Origin: Clostridia bacterium
GTDB taxonomy: Bacteria > Bacillota > Clostridia > RGIG6154
NCBI GenBank assembly: GCA_045589295.1
Contig: JAZNOU010000005.1
Coordinates: 64,001-128,000 of the forward strand
DNA length: 64,000 bases
Direction: 5' to 3'
The notes beneath the pieces were generated by a model. It worked only from the letters and a program-made list of their open reading frames with translations, was not told where the DNA came from and made no database searches. This document shows, piece by piece, positions 49,416 to 59,615 of the stretch (positions are counted from its first letter, which is position 1; every line of letters begins with the position of its first letter). A program made the position numbers and the translations under genes.

Positions 49416-50158
49416 TGGCAGTAGTATTTGAAAAACCAAAGGCACTTACAGATGCAGTTTTGCATTATTGCCCAGGTTGTACTCACGGTATTATCCACAG
49501 ACTCGTTGCTGAAGTTATGGACGAACTTGGTATCACAGGTAAAACAATCGGTGTTGCTCCTGTTGGTTGCTCAGTTATGGCATACAACTATTTCAATTGT
49601 GATATGGTTCAGGCGGCTCACGGTAGAGCTCCTGCTGTTGCAACAGGCGTAAAAAGAGCAGACGCAGATAAAATTGTATTCACATATCAGGGCGATGGTG
49701 ACTTGGCTGCTATCGGTACTGCAGAAACAGTTCACTCTGCAGCTCGTGGTGAAAACATCACAGTTATTTTCGTTAACAATGCAATTTATGGTATGACAGG
49801 CGGTCAGATGGCTCCTACAACCCTCCCAGGTCAGGTTACACAGACATCACCTTACGGCAGAGATGTTGAAAAAGTAGGTTACCCATTAAAAGTTTGCGAA
49901 CTTTTGTCAAACGTAGACGGTGCAACATACTTAGAAAGAGTTGCAGTTAACAACGTTAAAAACATTAAAGCGGCTAAAGCTGCTATCAAAAAAGCTTTCC
50001 AGAATCAGGTTGAAGGTAAAGGTTTCTCATTAGTTGAAGTTTTATCTACTTGCCCAACAAACTGGGGCTTAGCACCTGATAAAGCTATCGCATGGCTTGA
50101 AGAAAATATGATGCCTTATTACCCACTCGGCGTATATAAGGACAAATTTGCAGAATAA
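49415..50158 (+). CDS. 2-oxoacid:ferredoxin oxidoreductase beta (TPP-binding) subunit
   Basis: YCPGCTHG, GDGD...NN.IYGMTGGQ and CPTNW motifs. Confidence 0.93.
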   Translation: MAVVFEKPKALTDAVLHYCPGCTHGIIHRLVAEVMDELGITGKTIGVAPVGCSVMAYNYFNCDMVQAAHGRAPAVATGVKRADADKIVFTYQGDGDLAAIGTAETVHSAARGENITVIFVNNAIYGMTGGQMAPTTLPGQVTQTSPYGRDVEKVGYPLKVCELLSNVDGATYLERVAVNNVKNIKAAKAAIKKAFQNQVEGKGFSLVEVLSTCPTNWGLAPDKAIAWLEENMMPYYPLGVYKDKFAE

Positions 50159-50171
50159 GGAGGAAATAGCA

Positions 50172-50705
50172 ATGAATAAACAAGTTTTAATCGCAGGCTT
50201 CGGCGGTCAGGGTATTTTGTTCTCAGGTAAATTCCTTGCATACGAAGGCTTAATTGACGGAAAAGAAGTTTCATGGCTTCCTTCATACGGTCCTGAAATG
50301 AGAGGCGGTACTGCAAACTGCAGTATCATCGTAAGCGATACAAAAATCGGCTCACCTATCGTAGATAAGCCTGATGTATTGATTGCAATGAACACACCAT
50401 CATTTGATAAGTATATAGATGCAGTAGTACCTGGCGGTCAGGTGTTTATTGACAGCGCTTTAATTGACAGAAAAGTTGAAAGAACTGATATTGAAGCCTA
50501 CTATATTCCAGCTACTAAAATCGCATCTGACGAAAATTTACCAGGACTTGCGAATATGATTATTTTAGGTATGATGATTAAAAAGTCGGGTATTATGCCT
50601 TTTGAAAATATTGAAAAAGCTTTAAATAAGGTTGTATCAGCCAAAAAAGCAAACCTTTTAGAGCTTAATAAAAAAGCAATTCAAATTGGATACGATTATG
50701 AATAA
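50172..50705 (+). CDS. 2-oxoacid:ferredoxin oxidoreductase gamma subunit
   Basis: AGFGGQG, SYGPEMRGG and ANMIILG motifs. Confidence 0.93.
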   Translation: MNKQVLIAGFGGQGILFSGKFLAYEGLIDGKEVSWLPSYGPEMRGGTANCSIIVSDTKIGSPIVDKPDVLIAMNTPSFDKYIDAVVPGGQVFIDSALIDRKVERTDIEAYYIPATKIASDENLPGLANMIILGMMIKKSGIMPFENIEKALNKVVSAKKANLLELNKKAIQIGYDYE

Positions 50706-50721
50706 TTGAGGAGGATTTCCT

Positions 50722-51273
50722 ATGAACGACCAGATTAAAGATATTGGTATGCGTCTTGCAGGTCTGCGTGACGATATGGAAATTTCTACAGCCGAAATGG
50801 CAGAAAAACTTGGTGTTGACCAGGCGACTTACGAGGCATACGAAAGCGGAGAAAAAGATTTTTCATTCAGCTTTATGTATAATGCAGCCGAAATTTTGGG
50901 CGTTGATGTTTTGGATATTATAAGCGGTGATGCACCAAAGCTTTCTATGTGCTGCATGGTTAAAAAAGGAAAAGGTTACTCTGTAAAACGCGGTCACGAA
51001 TATGACTACAAGCACTTAGCTTATACTTTCCGCGGCAAAAAAGGTGAGCCTTTCTTGGTAACAATTACTCCCGATGGTAAACCTCCCGTTATGCACGGAC
51101 ATGAAGGGCAGGAATTCAATTATGTTATTTCGGGAAAAATGATGCTCTATATCGGTGATATTTCATACGAGCTTTCTGAAGGAGACAGTGTTTATTTTGA
51201 TTCAAGTGTGCCTCACGCAGAGGTTGCACTCGGCGATAAGGAAGCTCAATTTATCGCCGTTGTAATTAAATAA
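50722..51273 (+). CDS. XRE-HTH/cupin transcriptional regulator
   Basis: HTH plus HEGQEF and GDSVYFDSSVPH motifs. Confidence 0.92.
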   Translation: MNDQIKDIGMRLAGLRDDMEISTAEMAEKLGVDQATYEAYESGEKDFSFSFMYNAAEILGVDVLDIISGDAPKLSMCCMVKKGKGYSVKRGHEYDYKHLAYTFRGKKGEPFLVTITPDGKPPVMHGHEGQEFNYVISGKMMLYIGDISYELSEGDSVYFDSSVPHAEVALGDKEAQFIAVVIK

Positions 51274-51304
51274 TAAGACACATAAACTCTAAAGGAGAAT
51301 TATT

Positions 51305-52999
51305 ATGCCAATATACGAAAAGTACGTCGGTGCTCACCGAGATGATTTCATCTCTCTCGCCGACGCACAGAAAAACTATACACTTACATATCCTGAGGAC
51401 TTTAACTTTGCATATGATGTAATTGATGAACTTGGCACAAACAAGCCTGATAAGCTTGCTATGATTTGGGTTTCCAAAGATGGTGAAGAAAAACGCTTTA
51501 CTTTCCGCGATATGATGATTTATTCAAATAAAGCGGCAAATTATCTTCACTATATGGGAATCAGAAAAGGTGACAAAGTTTTACTAACTCTTAAAAGAAG
51601 CTACTATTTCTGGTTTATAATTTTAGCTCTTCATAAAATTGGTGCTGTTGCAGTTCAGGCAACAAACATGCTTAAAGCAAAGGACTATGTTTACCGCTGT
51701 AATGCCGGCAAAATCAAAGCAGTTGTTATAACCGGCGATGGTCCTGAAACCGAGTATTTTGACGAAGGCGAACCAAATTACGAAACTGTAGAGCTTAAGT
51801 TTGTAACAGGTCACAAAAATGCAGGCGAAAGTTGGATTGACTTTGAAGCAGGCTTTGAAATGGCAAGCGACTCCTGGCAGCGTCCTACCGGTGATGCGGC
51901 TGTTATGGCTGATGATATGATGCTTATGGCATTTTCATCAGGCACATCAGGATATCCTAAAATTATAACCCACAATTTCAAATATCCGCTCGGACACATT
52001 ATGACAGGTGTTTTCTGGCACAGAGTTGTAGATGGTGGTCTTCACTTTACAATTTCTGATACAGGATGGCTTAAATCACTTTGGGGAAAAATTTACGGTC
52101 AATGGTTTGGCGAATCTGCAGTTTTTGTTTATGATTTTGAAAAATTTGATGGTGCTGATATCTTAGAAAAACTTGAAAAATACAAAGTTACAACTTTCTG
52201 TGTTCCGCCTACAATGTATCGAATGATTTTACAAAACGACGTAGAAAAATATGACCTTTCTTCCCTTGCCCATTGTTGTACTGCGGGTGAAGCGTTAAAC
52301 CCTGAAATTTATAACAAGTGGCTTAAAGCGACAGGTCATAAAATTTATGAGGGTTTTGGACAGACCGAAACAACACTTTGCGTTGCTACAATATATCCGT
52401 GGTCAGAACCTGTTCCGGGTGCTATCGGCTACCCTGTTCCAGGCTATGACGTCCACATTTTAGGTGATGATGGTGAATCACTTCCACGTGGTGCTACCGG
52501 TGAAATCAGCATCCGAGTATTAAGCAAAATGAGAAAATCCTGTGGTCTATTAGACTCATACAATTTCAGCAAAGAAGATACATTTAAAGCTCTTCACGAC
52601 GGATTTTACCATACAGGTGATACTGCTTATCGCGATGAAAAAGGAATGTTTAGATATGTCGGCAGAAATGATGATGTCATTAAATCATCAGGATACCGCA
52701 TAGGTCCCTTTGAGATTGAAAGTGTGCTTTTAGAACATCCTTCCGTATCAGAGGTTGCTGTAACAGGTGTTCCTGATAAAATAAGAGGGTTTGCAGTAAA
52801 GGCTACCATTGTTTTATCTAAAGGATACGAAGGTACTGACGAGCTTACAAAGGAACTTCAAAAATATGTTAAGGACAACACTGCTCCTTACAAATACCCA
52901 AGAGTTATTGAATATGTTGAAGCACTTCCAAAAACCTTTAATGGTAAAATAAGAAGAGCTGAAATACGAGATAACGATTCTGAAAAAACTTCGGAGTAA
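51305..52999 (+). CDS. Medium-chain acyl-CoA synthetase (MACS/AAE-like)
   Basis: PEDFNFAYDVID, SSGTSGYPK, EGFGQTE, YHTGD and PKTFNGKI motifs. Confidence 0.93.
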   Translation: MPIYEKYVGAHRDDFISLADAQKNYTLTYPEDFNFAYDVIDELGTNKPDKLAMIWVSKDGEEKRFTFRDMMIYSNKAANYLHYMGIRKGDKVLLTLKRSYYFWFIILALHKIGAVAVQATNMLKAKDYVYRCNAGKIKAVVITGDGPETEYFDEGEPNYETVELKFVTGHKNAGESWIDFEAGFEMASDSWQRPTGDAAVMADDMMLMAFSSGTSGYPKIITHNFKYPLGHIMTGVFWHRVVDGGLHFTISDTGWLKSLWGKIYGQWFGESAVFVYDFEKFDGADILEKLEKYKVTTFCVPPTMYRMILQNDVEKYDLSSLAHCCTAGEALNPEIYNKWLKATGHKIYEGFGQTETTLCVATIYPWSEPVPGAIGYPVPGYDVHILGDDGESLPRGATGEISIRVLSKMRKSCGLLDSYNFSKEDTFKALHDGFYHTGDTAYRDEKGMFRYVGRNDDVIKSSGYRIGPFEIESVLLEHPSVSEVAVTGVPDKIRGFAVKATIVLSKGYEGTDELTKELQKYVKDNTAPYKYPRVIEYVEALPKTFNGKIRRAEIRDNDSEKTSE

Positions 53000-53002
53000 A
53001 TT

Positions 53003-53698
53003 ATGATAAGTAATGAAAATTTTTATGACCGACTTGTAAAATCATTATTCCTGCTTGCAGGAGAGATAATTTTAGACAAAGAGAATACAAGCGTGCGTTT
53101 TTATGATGCCAGAAGCGATTTAAAGCCCGAAGTTTTAAGTCTTGAGGGCTTAAGAAAATTGCTTTCAGAAAAAATCATAACCGACCTTAACGGCATATTA
53201 AAATTGACATACGATGATTTCCATGCGATAAAACGTGCAACCACCTTTGCTTTCAGCGCTCAGACGCGCCCAAGAATTGTGCGACGTTATACCGCGGTAA
53301 TTTACCCCTCGGAAGATAATAACAGATTATACTTTACAGTACGTGAAACTGAAAACACCGAAAATATTATAACATTCCAGCTTAAAAAAAGTTCTGCTAA
53401 CTTTAATATTAATGATATTTTATATATTGGATACGGCAACCACTGTGTGCAGATTCACAAGGCTGATGAATGTATAAATATGTTCAGTATTTCTTTTTCT
53501 GATGCGGCTGACGTTTTCTTAAAACACAAGAATTTTGTAAGAAGCTACAAAAACTGTCTTGTAAATATGGATAAAGTCAAATGCATCGAAAACGATTTGT
53601 TTGTTATGACAAACGGTGAAGTTATTTCAATTCCGAAAAGAAGACTTAAAGAAATCAAAAACATTTACAAAGAATATGTAATATTAAACAATCAATAA
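53003..53698 (+). CDS. LytTR DNA-binding domain protein with a non-receiver N-terminus
   Basis: INDILYI...FVRSYKNCLVNMDKV....M.NGEVISIPKRR. Confidence 0.8.
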   Translation: MISNENFYDRLVKSLFLLAGEIILDKENTSVRFYDARSDLKPEVLSLEGLRKLLSEKIITDLNGILKLTYDDFHAIKRATTFAFSAQTRPRIVRRYTAVIYPSEDNNRLYFTVRETENTENIITFQLKKSSANFNINDILYIGYGNHCVQIHKADECINMFSISFSDAADVFLKHKNFVRSYKNCLVNMDKVKCIENDLFVMTNGEVISIPKRRLKEIKNIYKEYVILNNQ

Positions 53699-53725
53699 AA
53701 AAAGAGAGCATCAGCTCTCTTTTTT
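53697..53725. terminator. Bidirectional terminator
   Basis: AAAAAAGAGAGC-atca-GCTCTCTTTTTT. Confidence 0.88.
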
Positions 53726-55214
53726 ATTGCACTTTTCCGTCTGCATAACCTTCATATTCTTTCATAAAGTCTTCTGCTACTTTACTCATAGAAAGAGCAA
53801 TTGTATTTTCGTCTTTGAAAGCAAATTTTATATAAAGTCTGCCAAAATACTTGTCTATAACCTGAACAAAAACAGCCAGCTGGTTTTCGTGTGTCCAAGC
53901 TCCGCTCGCAGCACAATCGTAATAATTGCCCGGGGCTTCTTGTCCCCCTACCAAGTCCGAATATCCTTCTTGAGGGAACTTTCCAAAAACATTTTCGTTT
54001 ATTCCAAACTTTATCTGCTTTTCTCCTTGTTCGTTTTTATACTCAAAAATTCCTTCTTTTTCATCAAATGTAAGCTTTACATACTCAATTCCCATCGGGT
54101 TTTTGTTAAGAATATAAGTTTTTCCATTGATTTTTTCCTGCATTATTGTTTGTTTGCTGTTCTTCAATGAAAAAAGCTTCAAATTATTACTGTACTCTAA
54201 AAGGTCATTATGTGCTTTCTCATTTTCTTCCAATTCATCATCTTCTACGTTATGTACTAACAGTTCATAAAACAAATCAATGATTGTAGATTTAGCAGTT
54301 TCAATGCCCTGATTATCTGAGTTTATAACAAACACCATATCTTTATCAGGAATCGCAATACCAAACTGGCATCCCAATCCGTTAAAGAAGAAGCTATTTT
54401 CTCTTGTTCTCCATATCAAATAACCATAACCGTAGCTGCCATAGTGAATTGCAACCGAGCTTGTACTTACAAGGTCGCTTGTTGCTGCTTTAACATATTC
54501 TTTGTTTAAAATCTGCTCACCTTGGAAATTCCCCATATTCATTGTAAACTGAACAACTTTTGCAAGGTCAAGCGATGTACATATAACTGCGGAATCTCCC
54601 CATGCATTTCCCCCGGGGCAGTCTAAACAGTAAGCTTCTTTTGACACCCCGATTTTATCAAACATTTTTTCTCTCAAATAGTCCATAAGCTTTTTGCCGG
54701 TCTTTTTCTCAACCAAAGCACCTAATACAAATGAACCCGTGCTGTCATATTCAAATATTGTGCCTGGAATTTTATGAGTTTCTTCATTTTCATTTGAAGA
54801 GTCAAAATACCACTTTACTCTGTCGGGTGCTTTTGCTTCAAACCAGTTCCATGGCACAAGAGGTTTTCCTGTACTCATCATAAGCATATCTCTTATGGTT
54901 TGCATTTTTATTTTTTCATTTGCATTCTTCGTTGTTTCTTTATCAAGACAATCAATAATTTTATCGTCAAGACTGATAAGACCATCTTGCTCCAAAAATC
55001 CTATTGCAAGTCCTACAAAGCTTTTGCTTACTGAATACATTCTGTGAAGAAAGTTTTTGTTAAAAGGTTTCCAATAGGCTTCATAAAACACTTTTCCATG
55101 TCTTAACATAACTATACTATGGGTTGAAAGATTAGCATTTTCAAGTGCTTTTACATATTTTTTTATATCTTCAGACCTTACCCCAACCTTTTCGGGAGTC
55201 ACTTTTTCAAACAT
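53724..55214 (-). CDS. Beta-lactamase-related serine hydrolase (cytoplasmic)
   Basis: SxxK (YSVSKS), LMMSTG, PG..FEYDS and YGYLIW motifs; no signal peptide. Confidence 0.88.
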   Translation of the reverse strand: MFEKVTPEKVGVRSEDIKKYVKALENANLSTHSIVMLRHGKVFYEAYWKPFNKNFLHRMYSVSKSFVGLAIGFLEQDGLISLDDKIIDCLDKETTKNANEKIKMQTIRDMLMMSTGKPLVPWNWFEAKAPDRVKWYFDSSNENEETHKIPGTIFEYDSTGSFVLGALVEKKTGKKLMDYLREKMFDKIGVSKEAYCLDCPGGNAWGDSAVICTSLDLAKVVQFTMNMGNFQGEQILNKEYVKAATSDLVSTSSVAIHYGSYGYGYLIWRTRENSFFFNGLGCQFGIAIPDKDMVFVINSDNQGIETAKSTIIDLFYELLVHNVEDDELEENEKAHNDLLEYSNNLKLFSLKNSKQTIMQEKINGKTYILNKNPMGIEYVKLTFDEKEGIFEYKNEQGEKQIKFGINENVFGKFPQEGYSDLVGGQEAPGNYYDCAASGAWTHENQLAVFVQVIDKYFGRLYIKFAFKDENTIALSMSKVAEDFMKEYEGYADGKVQ

Positions 55215-55299
55215 AATTATCCCCTCTTTCTCTGTCTTTTTGTATTCTAGCATACAAAGTATCTATTGTCAAATATAAATTTTCAATAATTCCTACAAA

Positions 55300-55393
55300 A
55301 ATGCATAATTATTCTATGCAAAACACTTGACAAATGGTAAGTTTTGGTGTATAATATGCAAATATATGAAATATTTTTGCATATTTATTCACA
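55300..55393 (+). promoter_or_regulatory. arg operon sigmaA promoter with ARG boxes (ArgR/AhrC)
   Basis: TTGACA(55327)-N17-TATAAT(55350). Boxes at 55300-55317 and a tandem pair at 55355-55372 / 55376-55393 spaced 3 bp apart. Confidence 0.85.
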
Positions 55394-55411
55394 ATGAAAG
55401 GGTTTTTATAC

Positions 55412-56344
55412 ATGGCTAAGGTTTTTATTGACGGAAGTGCCGGAACAACGGGCTTAAGAATATACGACAGACTGTCATTAAGAGATGATATTTCTCTTAT
55501 AATTCTCCCCGACGAAATTAGAAAAGATACTTCCGCAAGAAAAGAAGCAATTAACAGTGCAGACATAGTTTTTTTATGTCTTCCAGATGATGCAGCAAGA
55601 GAAGCTGTAACCCTTCTTGAAAACAAAAACACTGTTATAATTGATACTTCTACTGCTCACCGAACAAATCCCGATTGGACGTATGGGTTCCCCGAGCTTA
55701 CCGCAATGAAAGAAAAAATAAAAAACTCAAAGCTTATTGCAAATCCGGGTTGTCACGCAAGCGGATTCATTGCTCTTGTTAAACCTTTGATAGAAAATGG
55801 GGCTTTAGATAAAGATGCTCTTCTTACATGTTTTTCAATCACAGGATACTCAGGTGGCGGCAAGAAAATGATAGCTGAATACGAAACGCCAAATAAAGAC
55901 AAGCTTTTTATGGCTCCAAGACAGTATGGACTTTCACAGATGCATAAACACCTGAAAGAAATGAAAGCAATTACAGGTATTTTAAACGACGCTGCATTTT
56001 GCCCAATTGTTGCTGACTTTTATAGCGGAATGGAAGTTACAATCCCGCTTTTTGCAAAAAACTTAAATGTAGACCTTGCACAAATCAAGGAAATATATAA
56101 AAACTGCTACCACTCAAAAATTGTTCACTATAACGAAGGTGTAGACGAAAACGGATTTTTATCTGCCGCAGCACTATCAGGCAGGGACGATATGCAGATT
56201 TCAGTTTTTGGGAATGATGAACGAATTACTGTTACTGCACGTTATGACAACCTTGGAAAAGGTGCATCAGGATCTGCAATTCAGAATATGAATATTGTTT
56301 TAGGTGTAGATGAAACAACAGGTCTTATTACGGAGGAATATTAA
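55412..56344 (+). CDS. argC: N-acetyl-gamma-glutamyl-phosphate reductase (short, type 2)
   Basis: KVFIDG.AGTTGL, ANPGC, GYSGGGK and DNLGKGASG motifs. Confidence 0.96.
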   Translation: MAKVFIDGSAGTTGLRIYDRLSLRDDISLIILPDEIRKDTSARKEAINSADIVFLCLPDDAAREAVTLLENKNTVIIDTSTAHRTNPDWTYGFPELTAMKEKIKNSKLIANPGCHASGFIALVKPLIENGALDKDALLTCFSITGYSGGGKKMIAEYETPNKDKLFMAPRQYGLSQMHKHLKEMKAITGILNDAAFCPIVADFYSGMEVTIPLFAKNLNVDLAQIKEIYKNCYHSKIVHYNEGVDENGFLSAAALSGRDDMQISVFGNDERITVTARYDNLGKGASGSAIQNMNIVLGVDETTGLITEEY

Positions 56345-56345
56345 A

Positions 56346-57560
56346 ATGAAAATCATAAACGGCGGTGTTACTGCTGCAAAAGGTTTTACTGCAGGCGGTG
56401 TACATTGCGGAATAAGGAAAAATAAAACAAAAAGAGATTTAGCTCTCATTTTAAGTGAAACAAGAGCTGCAGCTGCAGGGGTTTACACCACAAATCTCGT
56501 AAAGGGAGCTCCGCTTACAGTTACAAAAAATCATTTAGCCGACGGGTACGCTCAGGCAATAATCTGCAATAGCGGTAATGCAAACACTTGTAATGCTGAT
56601 GGTATCGAAGTTGCCGAAAACATGTCCACTCTTATCGCAAATGCGCTCGGCATTTCTGAAAATGATGTAATTGTAGCTTCAACAGGCGTAATCGGACAGC
56701 CTCTCGATATAACTCCTATTAAAGACGGAATTGGTGATTTAGTTTCATCACTTTCTAAAGACGGCTCTGAAAATGCTGCTGAAGGAATTATGACAACAGA
56801 TACTGTAAAAAAAGAAGTTGCAGTAGAGTTTGAAATTGGCGGAAAAGTATGCAAAATTGGCGGCATTGCAAAAGGCAGCGGTATGATACACCCAAATATG
56901 GCAACTATGCTTGTTTTTATCACAACTGACGTTAATATCTCTCCAAAAATGCTTCAGAATGCACTTTCAAATGATATAAAAAGCACTTTTAATATGGTCA
57001 GTGTTGATGGTGATACTTCAACAAACGATATGGTTACAGTTTTAGCTAATGGTATGGCAGAAAACCAGGAAATTGTATCAGAAGGAAAAGATTTTGACGT
57101 ATTTATGGAAGCATTAAATACTGTAACAGTTACGCTCTGCAGAATGATTGCAGGTGATGGCGAGGGTGCTACTAAGCTCTTAGAATGTAATGTTTTTAAT
57201 GCAAACAATGAACAAAACGCAAAAATTGTTGCAAAAAGTGTAATCTGTTCAAGCCTTTTAAAAGCAGCTATGTTTGGGGCTGACGCTAACTGGGGCCGCA
57301 TACTTTGTGCAATAGGTTACAGCGGTGCTGATGTTGACGTTAACAAAATTGATGTTTCATTCAAATCCTTAAAAGGTGAAATTTTAGTTTGCAAAAACGG
57401 AGCAGGCGTTGATTTTTCAGAAGAAAAAGCAAAAGAAATTCTTTTGGAAAAAGAAATCGAAATCAATATTAACTTAAATTCAGGCAATATCAACACTTCT
57501 GCCTGGGGTTGCGATTTAACTTATGACTATGTAAGAATCAACGGTGACTACCGCACCTGA
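56346..57560 (+). CDS. argJ: Ornithine acetyltransferase / N-acetylglutamate synthase
   Basis: KGSGMIHPNMATML, DTSTND, DGEGATK and INGDYRT motifs. Confidence 0.97.
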   Translation: MKIINGGVTAAKGFTAGGVHCGIRKNKTKRDLALILSETRAAAAGVYTTNLVKGAPLTVTKNHLADGYAQAIICNSGNANTCNADGIEVAENMSTLIANALGISENDVIVASTGVIGQPLDITPIKDGIGDLVSSLSKDGSENAAEGIMTTDTVKKEVAVEFEIGGKVCKIGGIAKGSGMIHPNMATMLVFITTDVNISPKMLQNALSNDIKSTFNMVSVDGDTSTNDMVTVLANGMAENQEIVSEGKDFDVFMEALNTVTVTLCRMIAGDGEGATKLLECNVFNANNEQNAKIVAKSVICSSLLKAAMFGADANWGRILCAIGYSGADVDVNKIDVSFKSLKGEILVCKNGAGVDFSEEKAKEILLEKEIEININLNSGNINTSAWGCDLTYDYVRINGDYRT

Positions 57561-57575
57561 TATTAGGAGGAAATT

Positions 57576-58451
57576 ATGCTTAAAAATTTTTCTAATGCTC
57601 AAAGAGCAGAAGTTTTAACCCAGGCTCTACCCTACATAAAACGTTACAATGGTAAAGTTGTTGTTGTAAAATACGGCGGAAACGCAATGGTAAATGAACA
57701 GCTAAAGCAACAAGTTATGGAAGATATTGTTCTTTTGTGGCTTATCGGCGTTAAAATTGTTCTTGTTCACGGTGGTGGACCTGAAATCAGCGAAACAATG
57801 GAAAAGCTGGGTAAAAAAGCCGAATTTGTGGACGGGCTGAGAGTTACAGATAAAGAAACCGTTGACATAGTTCAAATGGTGCTTGCCGGCAAGGTTAACA
57901 AAACTTTAGTTAATCTTTTGGAAATGTATGGCGGTAAAGCTATGGGTATTTCAGGTATGGACGGACGTCTTATTGAAGCTAAAGCCAAAAATGAAAAATT
58001 AGGATTTGTCGGCTCTATTACAAACATAAATATCAAGCCTGTTACAGACCTTTTGGAAAAAGGATACATTCCTGTTATCTCAACACTTGGCTGTGACAAA
58101 GATGGAAATACATATAATATTAACGGTGACACCGCAGCAGCTTATATTGCAGGTGCATTAAATGCAAAAAGACTTATTATGATGACCGACATCGCAGGTC
58201 TTTTAAAAGACAAAGACGACCCTTCAACTTTAATTCCAGAAATCACAATCAAAGAATGTGAAAATCTAAAAGAAACCGGTGTGATTTCAGGTGGTATGAT
58301 TCCAAAAATTGATTGCTGTATTGAAGCAATCAACGAAGGTGTTAAAAATGTAATTATTATGGACGGAAGAGTCCCCCACTCTATTTTAATGGAACTTTTA
58401 ACCGATGAGGGTGCGGGAACTATGGTTATAGGAGACCATGAAAATGAGTAA
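57576..58451 (+). CDS. argB: Acetylglutamate kinase
   Basis: VKYGGNA, VHGGGP, NINGD and GGMIPK motifs. Confidence 0.97.
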   Translation: MLKNFSNAQRAEVLTQALPYIKRYNGKVVVVKYGGNAMVNEQLKQQVMEDIVLLWLIGVKIVLVHGGGPEISETMEKLGKKAEFVDGLRVTDKETVDIVQMVLAGKVNKTLVNLLEMYGGKAMGISGMDGRLIEAKAKNEKLGFVGSITNINIKPVTDLLEKGYIPVISTLGCDKDGNTYNINGDTAAAYIAGALNAKRLIMMTDIAGLLKDKDDPSTLIPEITIKECENLKETGVISGGMIPKIDCCIEAINEGVKNVIIMDGRVPHSILMELLTDEGAGTMVIGDHENE

Positions 58452-59613
58452 CATCACAAACATTGATAAAACTTATGTTGCATCAACCTACGCACGTTTT
58501 CCTGTTGAAATTGTATCGGGAAAAGGTTCAATGGTTTATGACACTTCAGGCAAAGAATATATTGATATGGGTACCGGAATCGGCGTAACAGCTTTCGGTA
58601 TAGCAGATGAAATCTGGGTCAATGCAGTAACTAATCAACTTGGCAAACTTCAACACATGTCAAACCTTTATTATACCGAGCCTTGCGCACTTTTAGCCAA
58701 AGCTCTATGTGAAAAAACAGGAATGAAAAAAGTATTTTTCGGAAACTCAGGCGCTGAAGCAAACGAATGTGCCATTAAAGTTGCAAGAAAGTACGCTCAG
58801 GATAAAAAAGGCAGTGATTATTACACGATTATCACTTTGGAAAAAAGCTTTCACGGAAGAACTTTAACCACCCTTGCCGCAACAGGTCAGGATAATTTTC
58901 ATCAGCTTTTCAACCCTCTTACACCCGGATTTGTCCACACTCCTGCAAATGATATTGAGGCATTAAAAAGCACTGTCAAAAACAATAAAACTGCCGCAAT
59001 TATGATTGAATGCATTCAGGGTGAAGGCGGCGTTGTAGCACTTAATGAAGACTTTATTAAAGGTGTTTATGAAATTTGTCAGAAAGAAGACATTATTTTA
59101 ATAGTCGATGAAGTGCAAACAGGCAACGGCAGATGCGGCAAGCTTTATTCATATATGAATTTTGGCATTACTCCTGATGTTGTTACAACCGCAAAGGGAT
59201 TAGGCGGTGGTCTTCCTCTTGGTGCTTCAATATTAGGTGATAAAGTAAAAGATGTTTTAGGTTTTGGCGACCACGGCTCAACATTTGGCGGAAACCCTGT
59301 CGCTTGTGCAGGTGCACTCAGCATTATAGACCGAATTGATGACACTCTTTTAAACGAAGTCAGTGAAAAAAGCAAATTTATATTTGACAGTTTTAAAAAC
59401 GCCGACGGTGTTGAAAGTGTAAGTGGTATGGGACTTATGATTGGCATAAAAACAAAAAAAGCTGCCAAAGACATTGTAAATAAATGTATCGAAAATGGGG
59501 TTTTGTGTCTTACCGCAAAAGACAAAGTGCGTCTTTTACCTGCGCTTAACATTCCAATGGATGTTTTAAAGCGTGCAGTAGAGGTTATAAAAGACGCTTG
59601 CAAGGAGAACTGA
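58444..59613 (+). CDS. argD: Acetylornithine aminotransferase
   Basis: [19 protein letters not shown] and AKGLGGG motifs. Confidence 0.96.
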   Translation: MSNITNIDKTYVASTYARFPVEIVSGKGSMVYDTSGKEYIDMGTGIGVTAFGIADEIWVNAVTNQLGKLQHMSNLYYTEPCALLAKALCEKTGMKKVFFGNSGAEANECAIKVARKYAQDKKGSDYYTIITLEKSFHGRTLTTLAATGQDNFHQLFNPLTPGFVHTPANDIEALKSTVKNNKTAAIMIECIQGEGGVVALNEDFIKGVYEICQKEDIILIVDEVQTGNGRCGKLYSYMNFGITPDVVTTAKGLGGGLPLGASILGDKVKDVLGFGDHGSTFGGNPVACAGALSIIDRIDDTLLNEVSEKSKFIFDSFKNADGVESVSGMGLMIGIKTKKAAKDIVNKCIENGVLCLTAKDKVRLLPALNIPMDVLKRAVEVIKDACKEN

Positions 59614-59615
59614 TT

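Noticed and set aside
53724-55214. Beta-lactam resistance gene
   Set aside because: No signal peptide; it looks like a generic cytoplasmic esterase/amidase of the beta-lactamase fold
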